Of a DNA stretch of 64,000 nt, positions 8,326 to 17,192 are shown piece by piece; within the stretch, counting starts at the first letter, position 1, and every line of letters begins with the position of its first letter. The notes below the pieces were generated by a model that ran no database searches, had not been told where the DNA came from, and saw only the letters and a program-made list of their open reading frames with translations. This DNA comes from Planotetraspora sp. GP83 (GTDB lineage: Bacteria > Actinomycetota > Actinomycetes > Streptosporangiales > Streptosporangiaceae), in contig NZ_JBGCBZ010000002.1 of NCBI RefSeq assembly GCF_041262585.1, positions 1-64,000 of the forward strand, in the 5' to 3' direction. The translations under genes and the position numbers were made by a program.

Positions 8326-9161
8326 CAGCCGGCCGCACGCGCGGCGTCCTCGATGAGGCGGGTGGTGGTCCCCGGGTGGCTGATCATGGCGACGTGGGAG
8401 GCGGCGACCTCGACGACGTGGGCCTTGGCACGCTCGTAGAAGAAGCGTTCCAGGGCGGGCGGGATGGCCTTGTCCTGGGTGGCGACCAGCCCCCAGGAAG
8501 GGATCGAGTGCCAGGCGGCGGCCTTGGTCACGTCGGTGAAGGAGGAGGCGCTGAAGGGCCGCTGGGTGGCCTGCATGAGCCGGGTGGTGGAGGCGGGCAG
8601 GTCGGCGGCGAACGCGGCCCGGAACTTGTCGGCCCGCAGGTAAAGGTCGGTGCCGGTGGTGCCGTCCGGGTTGGCGTAGGGGACCTCCTGCACGGCGGCG
8701 GGGATCTGGGTGCCTGGGTATTTGTTGATCAGGACGCCGAGCTGTTCGCCTTCGTCGGGAACGAACGCGGCGATGTAGACCAGCGCCTTGACGTTGGGGT
8801 TGTCGGCGGCGGCGTTGGTGATCACGGCGCCGCCGTAGGAGTGGCCGACCAGCACGATCGGGCCGTCGATCGACTTCAGGACGCTGGCGATGTACGGCGC
8901 GTCGGTGGGCAGCCCGCGCAGCGGGTTGGCGGGGGCGATCGTCTGGTAGCCGTCGTGCTGGAGCCGGCTGATCACGCCGTTCCAGTTGGAGCCGTCGGCG
9001 AAGCCGCCGTGCACCAAGACGATCGTGGGCTTGGCCGTGGGAGAAGCGCCCTCGTGCGCGGCGGTCGCGGACGCGGACGGCACGGTGAGCAGCGCGGCGG
9101 CCAGGCCGCCGGCAGCGACGGCGAGCACCATACGGCGCGGCAATGCGGAACGAGCGTTCAT
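8325..9161 (-). CDS. secreted alpha/beta-fold hydrolase (signal peptide)
   Basis: Start at ATG (rc cat 9159-9161): MNARSALPRRMVLAVAAGGLAAALLTVPSASATAA..., GHSYGG nucleophile elbow. The longer 482-aa ORF is a GC-frame extension overlapping the next gene. Confidence 0.75.
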   Translation of the reverse strand: MNARSALPRRMVLAVAAGGLAAALLTVPSASATAAHEGASPTAKPTIVLVHGGFADGSNWNGVISRLQHDGYQTIAPANPLRGLPTDAPYIASVLKSIDGPIVLVGHSYGGAVITNAAADNPNVKALVYIAAFVPDEGEQLGVLINKYPGTQIPAAVQEVPYANPDGTTGTDLYLRADKFRAAFAADLPASTTRLMQATQRPFSASSFTDVTKAAAWHSIPSWGLVATQDKAIPPALERFFYERAKAHVVEVAASHVAMISHPGTTTRLIEDAARAAG

Positions 9162-9274
9162 GTCTGTCTCCAGTGGGAGTTGGTTGGGGGAACCGGGTGG
9201 GCCCGGCCGACTCGGTGAACCCAGGAGCGGCGCTCGGCCTGTACGGCACGGCCCCTGGTCAGCCAGGGTCGTCG

Positions 9275-9949
9275 TCAGGCGGCGGCCTGGCGGATGAGGG
9301 CGGCCACCGCCGCGGGCTGCGACAGGTAGACCGAGTGGCTGCCCGGCGTCTCCGCGACGGTCGCCCCGGCGCGCTGCGCCATGGCGCGCTGGGCCGGCGG
9401 CGGGATCATCCGGTCGTCGGTCGCCACCAGGTACCAGGAAGGCTTGGCGCGCCACGCGGGTTCGGCGACCGCGCCGCCGAGGGCGTCCACGCCCCACGGG
9501 ACCTGCGAGTCGGCCATGAACGCCGCCTGGTCGGCGGGCAGATCTCCCGCGAACGACGCGGCGAACTTGTCCCGGTCGAGGAAGAGGAACCCGTTCACCG
9601 GGGGCAGGATCGGCGGGACGGGCGCGCCGGGCGGCGGGTCGGCGATGAGCGTGTTGACCGACTCGCCCTTGTCCGGGGCGAAGGCTGCGATGTACACGAG
9701 TGCCGCGACGTCCGGGTGGCCGCCCGCCTCGGTGATCACGACGCCGCCGTAGGAGTGGCCGACCAGGACGCACGGGCCGTGCAGGCCGTCGACGACCTGG
9801 TGAGTGGCGGCGACGTCCCCGGCCAGGGACAGGGTCGGGTTCTGCACGACCGACACGCGGAAGCCGTCGGCGACGAGCAGGTCGTAGACGGCCTGCCAGC
9901 CGGAGCCGTCGACGAAGCCGCCGTGGACGAGCACGATGTTGCGGATCAT
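9275..9949 (-). CDS. alpha/beta-fold hydrolase (cytoplasmic paralog of the preceding gene)
   Basis: MIRNIVLVHGGF... and GHSYGG. ~50% identical to the neighbour but lacks a signal peptide. Confidence 0.75.
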   Translation of the reverse strand: MIRNIVLVHGGFVDGSGWQAVYDLLVADGFRVSVVQNPTLSLAGDVAATHQVVDGLHGPCVLVGHSYGGVVITEAGGHPDVAALVYIAAFAPDKGESVNTLIADPPPGAPVPPILPPVNGFLFLDRDKFAASFAGDLPADQAAFMADSQVPWGVDALGGAVAEPAWRAKPSWYLVATDDRMIPPPAQRAMAQRAGATVAETPGSHSVYLSQPAAVAALIRQAAA

Positions 9950-10022
9950 GGCGTTCCTCTGCGAGGGGAGAAGGGGTGGAACACGTCCCACGGTAGGAAC
10001 CGGGCGGCTCCCCTCGCGTACG

Positions 10023-12734
10023 TCAAATGATGTAGTCGCCCTCCCTCGCGGCCATGAGACGGCTCAGCTCACCGCGCGTGGTGATGCCGAGCTTGGGGAA
10101 GATGCGCGACAGGTGCGTGCTGACCGTGCGGGGCGAGACGAACAGCCGCTGGCCGATGTCGCGGTTGGTCAGGCCGTCCGCGACGAGCTGCGCGATCTGG
10201 AGCTCCTGGGCGGTGAGCCGGTCGCGGGTGTCGTGCTTGCGGCGGATCCGCTCGCCGCTCGCGCGCAGCTCGCGCAGCGCGCGCTCCGACCAGGGCACCG
10301 CGCCGAGCGCGTCGAACGCCTCAGCCGCCGCGCGTAGCGGCGCCCTGGCCTCGGCGGCACGGCGCTGGCGGCGCAGCCACGCGCCCCACGCGTGCCGCAG
10401 CCGCGCCCGTTCGAACGGCCAGCCGACCAGGTCCTCGCGCAGCGCCTGCGTGAACAGCTCCTCGGCGGTCTCGTCGGGCGCGGTGACGGCCCTGACGTAG
10501 GCGAGCGCCACGTGCCCGACCGGCGACCCGCTCTCCTCGATCACCGGGGCCAGCTCGTCTGCGACCGCGCGCAGCTCCTCCTGCCGTCCGCTGAGCAACG
10601 CCGCCTCCGCCAGGTGCGGCAGCGCCCACAGCCGCATGTACTGGCTGTAGCTGACTTCGCTGGGGTCGAAGATCGGGCGCAGCGCGTCCCAGGCCGCGCC
10701 GAAGGTCCCGTCGGCCAGCTCGGCGGCTCCGCGCGCGAGCTGCACCAGGGCCAGCATCGGGTGCGCGCCCGCCGACAGGAACGCCCGTTCGGCCTGCGCG
10801 GCGAGGTCGCGCGTGACGTCCGTCGCGCCGCGCAGCGCGTGGATCTCGGCGGATACTGCGTCCGCGGTGAGCACCCACTGCGGCTGCCTGGTCTCCACGG
10901 CCAGCGCCCTGGCCTCGGCGGCGGCGACGACCCCGAGCCGGGTGTCGGCGAGTCGCGCCGCCGACGTCGTCTGCCCGACGAGCGCCTGCGCGAGCGCCCC
11001 GAACGGCCCCCGCGCCCGCATCCCCGCGATCGCCTCCGCGTACAGCCGCGCGCCCAGCGGGAACGCCCCGACCGCGTTCGCCGCGTTGCCCAGCAGTTGC
11101 AGGTTGTGCGGGCTGACCCAGCTCGCCGTGCTCAGCGCGTCGAGCCGGGCCAGCGACTGCCTGCCGCGCTCCACCGGGGCGATCACCGCGAGCGACGCGA
11201 CGATCTGCGGGTCGTCCGGAGGCACGGCCAGCCGTTCGATCGCGGCGAGCAGGGGCGCGCGGACCTCCCGCGTGGGGTTGGAAAAGAACCAGCGCGTGCT
11301 GACGCTGGCCAGCCAGCGCAGCGCGAACGCCGAGCCGTCACGTGCGCGCATCTCGTCGAGGAACCCGGGGAGGTCGGACAGCCGGTCCACGCCGGTCCAC
11401 ACGAAATGCAGGGTGATGTCGCGGAAGTAGGTGAGCCTGGACCGGTCGACCGGGGCGAGGTCGGCGTCCTCCGCGCGGCCGACGAGGCGTTCCAGGGCGG
11501 CGCGGTCGCCGAGGTCGAAGGCCATCGCGGCGGCGTCGATCAGCCGCGCGCCCCGGCGGGCCGGGTCGGCGCTGAGGTAGGCGGCGCGCTCCATCGCCTC
11601 CAGCGCAAGCCCCGACGCGCCCCTGCCGTGGGCGCGCATCGCGGCGGCGGCGAGCCCGGCTGCGACGTCGTCGTCGTGGGACGTCGCGGCGGCCGCCCGG
11701 TGCCAGATCCTGCGGTCGTCGTCATCGGGCAGGGCGGCGGCGAGCGCGGCGTGTGCGTCGCGTAACAGGTCGGCCCCGGCCGCCTGGACGATCGCCGACC
11801 TGATCAGGGGGTGCCGGAACCTGACGCGCACGGCGTCGGCCACGACCAGCCCCGCCCGGGTCGCGGGGGCCAGCGCGGCCGCCTCGATCGGCGCGCCCGC
11901 CAGCAGGGACGCGACCCGTGTGTTCTCCTCGATCGCGTCGTGCTCGTTGACGGCGGCGATGAGAGCCAGGGTCCTGGTGTCGGCGGGCAGCGCGGCGAGC
12001 GCCTGGGCGAACGCGCGTTCCAGCCGCTCCGTCAGAGGCAGCCTGCTCGACGCGAGCATCTCCTGGTCCTGCCGGGACGCCAGCGCGGCGAACTCCATCA
12101 GCGCGAGCGGGTTGCCCGCCGCCTCCGCCAGCACGCGGGCGCGCAGCGCGGTGCCCAGGTCGGGCGCGACCCTCGCCAGCAGCTCCGCCGCCGCCTGGTG
12201 GGTCAGCGGCGGCACGGTCAGCGCGGGCAGCCCCGACGCGGCGAGCCTGGCCTGGGAGTCGGCGTCGTCGCGCAGGGTCGCCAGCAGCACGACGGCGTCC
12301 GAGCGCAGCCGGCGGCCGACGAACGCGAGCGCCTCCCAGCTCGGCCCGTCCAACCAGTGCGCGTCCTCGACGGCGAGCACCACGGGCGTGTCGCCCGCCA
12401 GCGCGGACAGCCGGTGCAGCACGGACATCGCGGTGCGCAGCGGCCCGCCGTCGAGGTCACCGGGCTCGAGCCCGGTCCCCGCGAGCAGCCTGCGCAGACC
12501 CTCGTACGGGACCTGGGCTTCGGCGGGCACGCCGGTCACGGTCAGCACGCGCGCGCCCCTGGCCTCGGCCTCGGCCGTGGCGGCCCCGAGCAGCGCCGAC
12601 TTGCCGACGCCCGCCGCGCCGCTCAACACGAGCGCCCCGCCGCCTTCCTTCGCGCCGTCCAACAGTGCCAGCAGGTCGCGCAGTTCGGCGTCTCGTCCCA
12701 CGAGGGCGTGCAGTGTCACGAGGACGATGCTCAC
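10023..12734 (-). CDS. LAL-family regulator (N-terminal AAA/Walker NTPase + C-terminal LuxR-type HTH)
   Basis: 903 aa. Walker A GAAGVGKSALL. C-terminal LTAQELQIAQLVADGLTNRDIGQRLFVSPRTVSTHLSRIFPKLGITTRGEL. Confidence 0.85.
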   Translation of the reverse strand: MSIVLVTLHALVGRDAELRDLLALLDGAKEGGGALVLSGAAGVGKSALLGAATAEAEARGARVLTVTGVPAEAQVPYEGLRRLLAGTGLEPGDLDGGPLRTAMSVLHRLSALAGDTPVVLAVEDAHWLDGPSWEALAFVGRRLRSDAVVLLATLRDDADSQARLAASGLPALTVPPLTHQAAAELLARVAPDLGTALRARVLAEAAGNPLALMEFAALASRQDQEMLASSRLPLTERLERAFAQALAALPADTRTLALIAAVNEHDAIEENTRVASLLAGAPIEAAALAPATRAGLVVADAVRVRFRHPLIRSAIVQAAGADLLRDAHAALAAALPDDDDRRIWHRAAAATSHDDDVAAGLAAAAMRAHGRGASGLALEAMERAAYLSADPARRGARLIDAAAMAFDLGDRAALERLVGRAEDADLAPVDRSRLTYFRDITLHFVWTGVDRLSDLPGFLDEMRARDGSAFALRWLASVSTRWFFSNPTREVRAPLLAAIERLAVPPDDPQIVASLAVIAPVERGRQSLARLDALSTASWVSPHNLQLLGNAANAVGAFPLGARLYAEAIAGMRARGPFGALAQALVGQTTSAARLADTRLGVVAAAEARALAVETRQPQWVLTADAVSAEIHALRGATDVTRDLAAQAERAFLSAGAHPMLALVQLARGAAELADGTFGAAWDALRPIFDPSEVSYSQYMRLWALPHLAEAALLSGRQEELRAVADELAPVIEESGSPVGHVALAYVRAVTAPDETAEELFTQALREDLVGWPFERARLRHAWGAWLRRQRRAAEARAPLRAAAEAFDALGAVPWSERALRELRASGERIRRKHDTRDRLTAQELQIAQLVADGLTNRDIGQRLFVSPRTVSTHLSRIFPKLGITTRGELSRLMAAREGDYII

Positions 12735-12758
12735 ACCGCACGCCCCGCGCCGTCCAAT

Positions 12759-12983
12759 TCAGCCCGCGCCCTGCCGTTCCGACCGGATGTGCGCGAGCAC
12801 CGCCAGGACGCGGCGGTGCGAGTCTGGCGAGTCGCGCAACCCCAGCTTGGCGAAGATCTGCGCCACATACGCTTCGACCGCGCACTCGGTGATCGTCAGC
12901 CGGGCCGCGATGGCGCGGTTGGGCAGGCGCTGCAGCCACACCGCGCTGCCGAGCGACAGGAGGATTGCCCCTATCTGCCAAGA
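12759..12983 (-). pseudogene. 5'-truncated remnant of a NarL/LuxR-type response regulator (C-terminal HTH only). The in-frame stop-free stretch reaches 12983.
   Basis: Encodes only ...IGAILLSLGSAVWLQRLPNRAIAARLTITECAVEAYVAQIFAKLGLRDSPDSHRRVLAVL (LuxR HTH). No receiver domain, upstream in-frame stop at 12984-12986, and repeat R1 begins ~70 bp upstream. Confidence 0.55.
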
Positions 12984-13051
12984 TCAACGGTGCTCGCAAG
13001 AGTCGTCAGAACCGCGCAGAACCCGGCTCAGCCTGGTTGCCGTGACCAGCG

Positions 13052-13118
13052 GGAAAAGACAAACCCACAGGTGAGAACCTTATAACCGGTCCGGTTCGAT
13101 TTCACGTCACCCGCTCCA
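13052..13118. repeat. repeat R1: ~65-bp imperfect direct repeat (pairs with 31352-31418) carrying a GGTTCGATT T-loop-like motif
   Basis: gaaaagacAAACCCACAGGTGAGAaccttataaccggtCCGGTTCGATTtcaCGTCACCCGCTCc. ~81% identity to R2. A further short shared block (aacccggc) lies 30 bp upstream in both copies. Confidence 0.6.
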
Positions 13119-13253
13119 CTACCTCAATGACGCTCGGTCATCCCAACGCTCCCATCAGCCGTCCATGGTCGGCCGCCGACGGCTAAGCTCGGTAGCAGAT
13201 GCCTCGGCTCGCTTACCACGTCAGGGCACCTATCAGCGCAAGGAGGTAGCGGC

Positions 13254-13625
13254 ATGACCGCCCAACCGCACGAACTGATCAGCGTTCGGACGCCTGAACA
13301 GATCGTGGAGTCTCTGAAGGCCGATCGGAGTCCGCGTAACATCCGTGCTTGCCTTCCTCCTACCGATCGCGACTACTTCGACAGGGACTACCGGCGGGCC
13401 ATGACCAAGGCCACCGAGGAACTAGACCTCGCGCCTGTCAACACCCTGCTCACTCATTGGTGGCACATGGCCAGGATGAAGGCGACTGGGGAGTACGAAA
13501 CGGTCCTGGAACACGGCGCTCGCATCCAAGAGCAGATCGAACGGGGCGAATACGTCCCGGGGAGACCGCTGCGGGAGGTTATTGCCGAACGAGCATCCGA
13601 ACTCGGCGTGCAACTCGACCTTTAG
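13254..13625 (+). CDS. hypothetical protein; possible antitoxin partner of the downstream RelE/ParE-like gene
   Basis: 123 aa. Stop TAG abuts the ATG of the next gene. RBS AAGGAGG 6 nt upstream. Confidence 0.45.
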   Translation: MTAQPHELISVRTPEQIVESLKADRSPRNIRACLPPTDRDYFDRDYRRAMTKATEELDLAPVNTLLTHWWHMARMKATGEYETVLEHGARIQEQIERGEYVPGRPLREVIAERASELGVQLDL

Positions 13626-13949
13626 ATGTACACGGTTGGCAAGAGCAAGCAGGTAGACGAGCAGATCGCTACCCTTCCCGCCGAAGCGCTCGCAGCGTTC
13701 CACGAGGTGACTGTGTTCCTTCAAGTCGCGCCTTGGAACGGCAACCCCTTCATAGGAGAACGGCCCGACGCCCCGATGCGGACCCAGACGTTCGGTGGTG
13801 GCGGTTCGGGCATGGTTACCTACCTGACGTCGAGTACCGACGCCTGGTGGAGATCATTCAAGTTGCTTGGTACGACTGAGCGCCACAGAAGACAGACGTG
13901 CCCGTTGCGTGCCCGTCCGCTCGGCGATCAGCGATCAGCGGGGACCTAG
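13626..13949 (+). CDS. RelE/ParE-like toxin-fold protein (putative type II TA toxin)
   Basis: MYTVGKSKQVDEQIATLPAEALAAFHEVTVFLQVAPWNGNPFIGERPDAPMRTQTFGGGGSGMVTYL... matches the RelE/ParE pattern of small proteins. Operonic with the upstream small gene. Confidence 0.4.
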   Translation: MYTVGKSKQVDEQIATLPAEALAAFHEVTVFLQVAPWNGNPFIGERPDAPMRTQTFGGGGSGMVTYLTSSTDAWWRSFKLLGTTERHRRQTCPLRARPLGDQRSAGT

Positions 13950-14158
13950 GGCACGGGGGCCGACGCCGTCCGGATCGCAGAGCCATGCGCCGTCTTCCAC
14001 GGAGTGTCCTCCGGCAGGTCGAATTGTGCAAACCACTCCTCCCGGGTTTTGAAGGGAGCGGGGGGAGGCTCGTCGACATACCCCAGTGCCGTCTTCCAGA
14101 ACTGGGCGAGGAGCTGAGCGTTCGTACGGTCAAGGGTCAGATCGATTCTGGCTGCCAT
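13946..14158 (-). CDS. small VOC/glyoxalase-like domain protein (70 aa)
   Basis: MAARIDLTLDRTNAQLLAQFWKTALGYVDEPP... resembles the N-terminal beta-alpha-beta-beta-beta module of glyoxalase/bleomycin-resistance proteins. Short, so uncertain. Confidence 0.3.
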   Translation of the reverse strand: MAARIDLTLDRTNAQLLAQFWKTALGYVDEPPPAPFKTREEWFAQFDLPEDTPWKTAHGSAIRTASAPVP

Positions 14159-14275
14159 GACAGGACCGTACTGCGCGCCTCTGACAGTCGCGGCTGGGCC
14201 GTGTCCTTGAGAAACCACCCCTGGCCGTGGCTGCATCGCCTTGAGCCTTCCGGGCAGGACTTCGGCTGATCGGCC

Positions 14276-14932
14276 TCAACCGCGGGTGCCTGGGCCGGTG
14301 TCGCGGACCAGCAGAGCTGCCTGGACGCGGTTGGAGCAGTCGAGCTTGGCCAGGATCCTGCTTACGTACGTCTTGATGGTCGTTTCGGTCATGCGCAGCC
14401 GCCGGCCGATCTCGGCGTTGGACATGCCCTCGGCCAATAGGTGGAGGACTTCCGACTCGCGGGGCGTGAGCGCCGCCAGCCGCTCGGCCGCTTCCCGCCG
14501 GCGCCGGGCGTCTATGGGCGTGACCATGCCCAGCACCAGCCGGGTCACCTCGGGGGACAGGTAGGCGTCACCGACATGCGCCGCCCGGACCGCGCGGATC
14601 AGTTCGTCGGGCGTACAGTTCTTGAGCACGAACCCGGCCGCGCCGTTCTGCAGCGCGCGCAGCACGTTCGGCTCCGCGCTGAACGAGGTCAGCACCACGA
14701 TCCGCAGCACGGGCACCTGCCTGCGCAGCTCCTCGATCGCGCTCAGCCCGTCCAGCACCGGCATTTTGATATCGATCAGCGCCACGTCGACGCGGTGCCT
14801 GATCGCCTCGTTCACGGCCCCCCGGCCGGTTTCGGCCTGGGCGACGACCTCGATGTCGGCCGCCGATTCCAGCACGGTGCGGATGCCGGCTCTGATCAGC
14901 GGCTCGTCGTCGGCGACCAGAACCCTGATCAC
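14276..14932 (-). CDS. NarL/FixJ-family response regulator (REC + LuxR HTH)
   Basis: MIRVLVADDEPLIRAGIRTVLE...; C-terminal LTPRESEVLHLLAEGMSNAEIGRRLRMTETTIKTYVSRILAKL. Confidence 0.9.
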   Translation of the reverse strand: MIRVLVADDEPLIRAGIRTVLESAADIEVVAQAETGRGAVNEAIRHRVDVALIDIKMPVLDGLSAIEELRRQVPVLRIVVLTSFSAEPNVLRALQNGAAGFVLKNCTPDELIRAVRAAHVGDAYLSPEVTRLVLGMVTPIDARRRREAAERLAALTPRESEVLHLLAEGMSNAEIGRRLRMTETTIKTYVSRILAKLDCSNRVQAALLVRDTGPGTRG

Positions 14933-14933
14933 C

Positions 14934-16174
14934 TCAGCGCACTCCCAGCAGCATGCTCGCGGGCAAGAGTGCGAACATCAACACCGCGGTGGCGAACCCG
15001 ATCACCACCGTACGGATGTGTCCGACCGCGGGCAGGTCATCGTCGTCGGCCGTCTCCCCTGGCGAGCTTACGAGCCGGACTGGAAGCTCTTCGGCGACGG
15101 CGGGCAGCATCGCGACGAGCCGGAACATTCCATCGGAAATGCTGTGATCCAGGACCCCGCCTACCGGTCGTACCCGCTCGCCCAGCCCGGACAGGCCGTG
15201 CCGGGCCCCCTCGGCAGCCGGGAGAACCGGATGGTCTTGGAGCGGATTGGCGACGGTGAGCAGCAGCGTGTCCGGCTCCCACTCGACGCTCACCGTGATC
15301 GGCTGGTCAGGGGCGTGTTTGGCCGCGTTGGTCAGGCCTTCCTCGACCACTCGGTACGCCGCCTGCCCGGCCGCAGGGGACAGCAGCCGCGGCTCTCCGC
15401 GCTGCCGCAGCGTCACTGTCACTCCGGCCGCCTGGAACTCCTCCACCACCGTGCCGATCGCCTCCACTCCAGGCGACCGCCCTGGCGTTTCATCCTCTGC
15501 GCGAAGCACCCCGACCAGCTCGTACAACTCATTCATGGCGCCACGCGCCGCCTTCGCCAGTTGCTCGACGGCCTGCCGCTGCTGCGGCGGCAGCGGCGAC
15601 ACCTCCAGCGCGGCCGCCTGGACTGACACCAGGCTGAGCCGGTGACCGAGGGAATCGTGCATGTCTCGGGCGATCCGCAGCCGCTCACCCAGCCGCTCCT
15701 GCTCGACAAGGAGCTCCCGCTGGCGGCGGAGCTGCCGGTTGTGCTGATCGAGTGCCGACACCAGCCGCTCATGCTGGGCGAGGTATCGGCCGGCCAGCAG
15801 CGGCAGCGCCACGAACACGACGTACGTCGAGACAATGCGGGGAATCGCCTGCGGCTCCGCCGACTCGGTCACGAACTGTACGCCGAGGCCGCCCAGCGCC
15901 GCGCCGACGACCATGGCTGTGTCCGACCGCGACAGGACAGCATGACCGGCCTGGTAGGCGGCCCAGAGCAGCAGGACAAACGACCCACCGGTCAGCGAGG
16001 CGAGCACCAGCGCGGCGACGAACGCAGCCATGGGTGTCCGGTGTCCCAGCGCGATCACCATCGCGACAGCCAGCGCGTAGATCGGTACGCCCCAGAGGGG
16101 CAGACCACCCGGGTGCCCGGCCATGAGCGCGGTGTCCGCGACAACCACGACAGCGACGAGAAGGTGTCGGGTCA
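14934..16174 (-). CDS. sensor histidine kinase (HisKA_3/DesK-type, 4-5 TM helices) paired with the response regulator
   Basis: Start at ATG (rc cat 16172-16174): MTRHLLVAVVVV... H-box ARDMHDSLGHRLSL. HATPase_c motifs. Stop overlaps the response-regulator start region. The 643-aa ORF-track version is an upstream extension. Confidence 0.85.
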
Positions 16175-16268
16175 TGGTCACCAGGCTACTGCTCGGCCGC
16201 CGCGTCAACTTTGGTCGGCGCAGACCGGCGACTTTCGAGGACTGCCCGCGGCCGGCCCGGCTCCTACG

Positions 16269-17192
16269 GTGAGCCAGGTGATCGAAGTGCGGAACCTCAG
16301 CAAGAGATACGGGAAAGCTGTCGCGGTCGACGAGCTGTCCTTCACGGTGCGGCCCGGCCAGGTAACCGGGTTCCTCGGGCCGAACGGGGCCGGCAAGTCC
16401 ACCACGATGCGAATGATGCTGGACCTCGACCGCCCCACCGGAGGTCAGGTCCTCATCGACGGCAGGCATTACCGGCGGCTGCCCGAGCCGCTGCGGCACG
16501 TCGGCGCCCTGCTGGAGGCCAAGGCTGTGCACGGCGGCCGCAGCGCGTACCACCATCTGCTGTGGCTGGCCCAGAGCAACCGGATCCCCAAGGCGCGGGT
16601 GCGGCAGGTCCTCGCGCTGGTCGGACTGGAGCACGCCGCCAGGAAACGGGCCGGGACCTTTTCCCTCGGCATGGCCCAGCGGCTCGGCATCGCCGCGGCA
16701 CTGCTCGGAGACCCACCGGTGCTTCTTCTGGACGAACCGGTCAACGGGCTCGACCCCGAAGGCATCCTTTGGATCCGGAACCTGATGAAGGGATTGGCCG
16801 CGGAGGGCCGCACAGTGTTCGTCTCCAGCCACCTGATGAGCGAGACGGCGCTCGCCGCGGAGCACCTCATTGTGATCGGCCGCGGCCGGCTGCTCGCCGA
16901 CACCAGCGTGCGGGAGTTCATCCAGGAAAACGCACGCTCGTATGTACGGATCCGTACGCCCGAGCCGGAGCGGATGCGCGACGCCCTAACCGGGGCCGGC
17001 ATCAGAGTGAAGCAGACAGCCGATGGCGCGCTGGAGGCATACGAGACGGAGGCCGCGAAGATCGGCGAACTCGTCGCCGCCAACAGCCTGACGGTGCACG
17101 AGGTCAGCACCCAGTCGGCTTCGCTGGAGGAGGCGTTCATGCGGCTTACCAGCGACGCCGTGGAGTATCGGGCCGGAGGTCTGCAGCAGTGA
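16269..17192 (+). CDS. ABC transporter ATP-binding protein
   Basis: GTG start. Walker A GPNGAGKST, signature LSLGMAQRL, Walker B LLLDEP. Confidence 0.85.
   Translation: MSQVIEVRNLSKRYGKAVAVDELSFTVRPGQVTGFLGPNGAGKSTTMRMMLDLDRPTGGQVLIDGRHYRRLPEPLRHVGALLEAKAVHGGRSAYHHLLWLAQSNRIPKARVRQVLALVGLEHAARKRAGTFSLGMAQRLGIAAALLGDPPVLLLDEPVNGLDPEGILWIRNLMKGLAAEGRTVFVSSHLMSETALAAEHLIVIGRGRLLADTSVREFIQENARSYVRIRTPEPERMRDALTGAGIRVKQTADGALEAYETEAAKIGELVAANSLTVHEVSTQSASLEEAFMRLTSDAVEYRAGGLQQ

Noticed and set aside
8325-9773. 482-aa version of the hydrolase ORF, and the 339-aa ORF at 8230-9249
   Set aside because: The long form overlaps the neighbouring hydrolase in another frame. An internal ATG gives a clean signal peptide, so the extension is spurious.
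10392-13085. Long plus-strand ORFs (457, 424 and 384 aa) antisense to the LAL regulator
   Set aside because: Antisense shadow ORFs with low-complexity composition; the LAL reading has clear Walker and HTH motifs.
13052-13125. Interpreting the R1/R2 repeats as intact tRNA genes or tRNA 3' halves
   Set aside because: A T-loop-like GGTTCGATT is present, but the flanking stems do not pair (CCCGG/CCCGT; TCCGG/TCACG) and no acceptor, D-arm or anticodon arm can be built. At best these are decayed tRNA-derived att remnants.
14934-16865. 643-aa extended histidine-kinase ORF, and the 516-aa ABC ATPase ORF starting at 15642
   Set aside because: Both extensions run through each other on opposite strands. 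Internal starts give proper domain boundaries and translational coupling.
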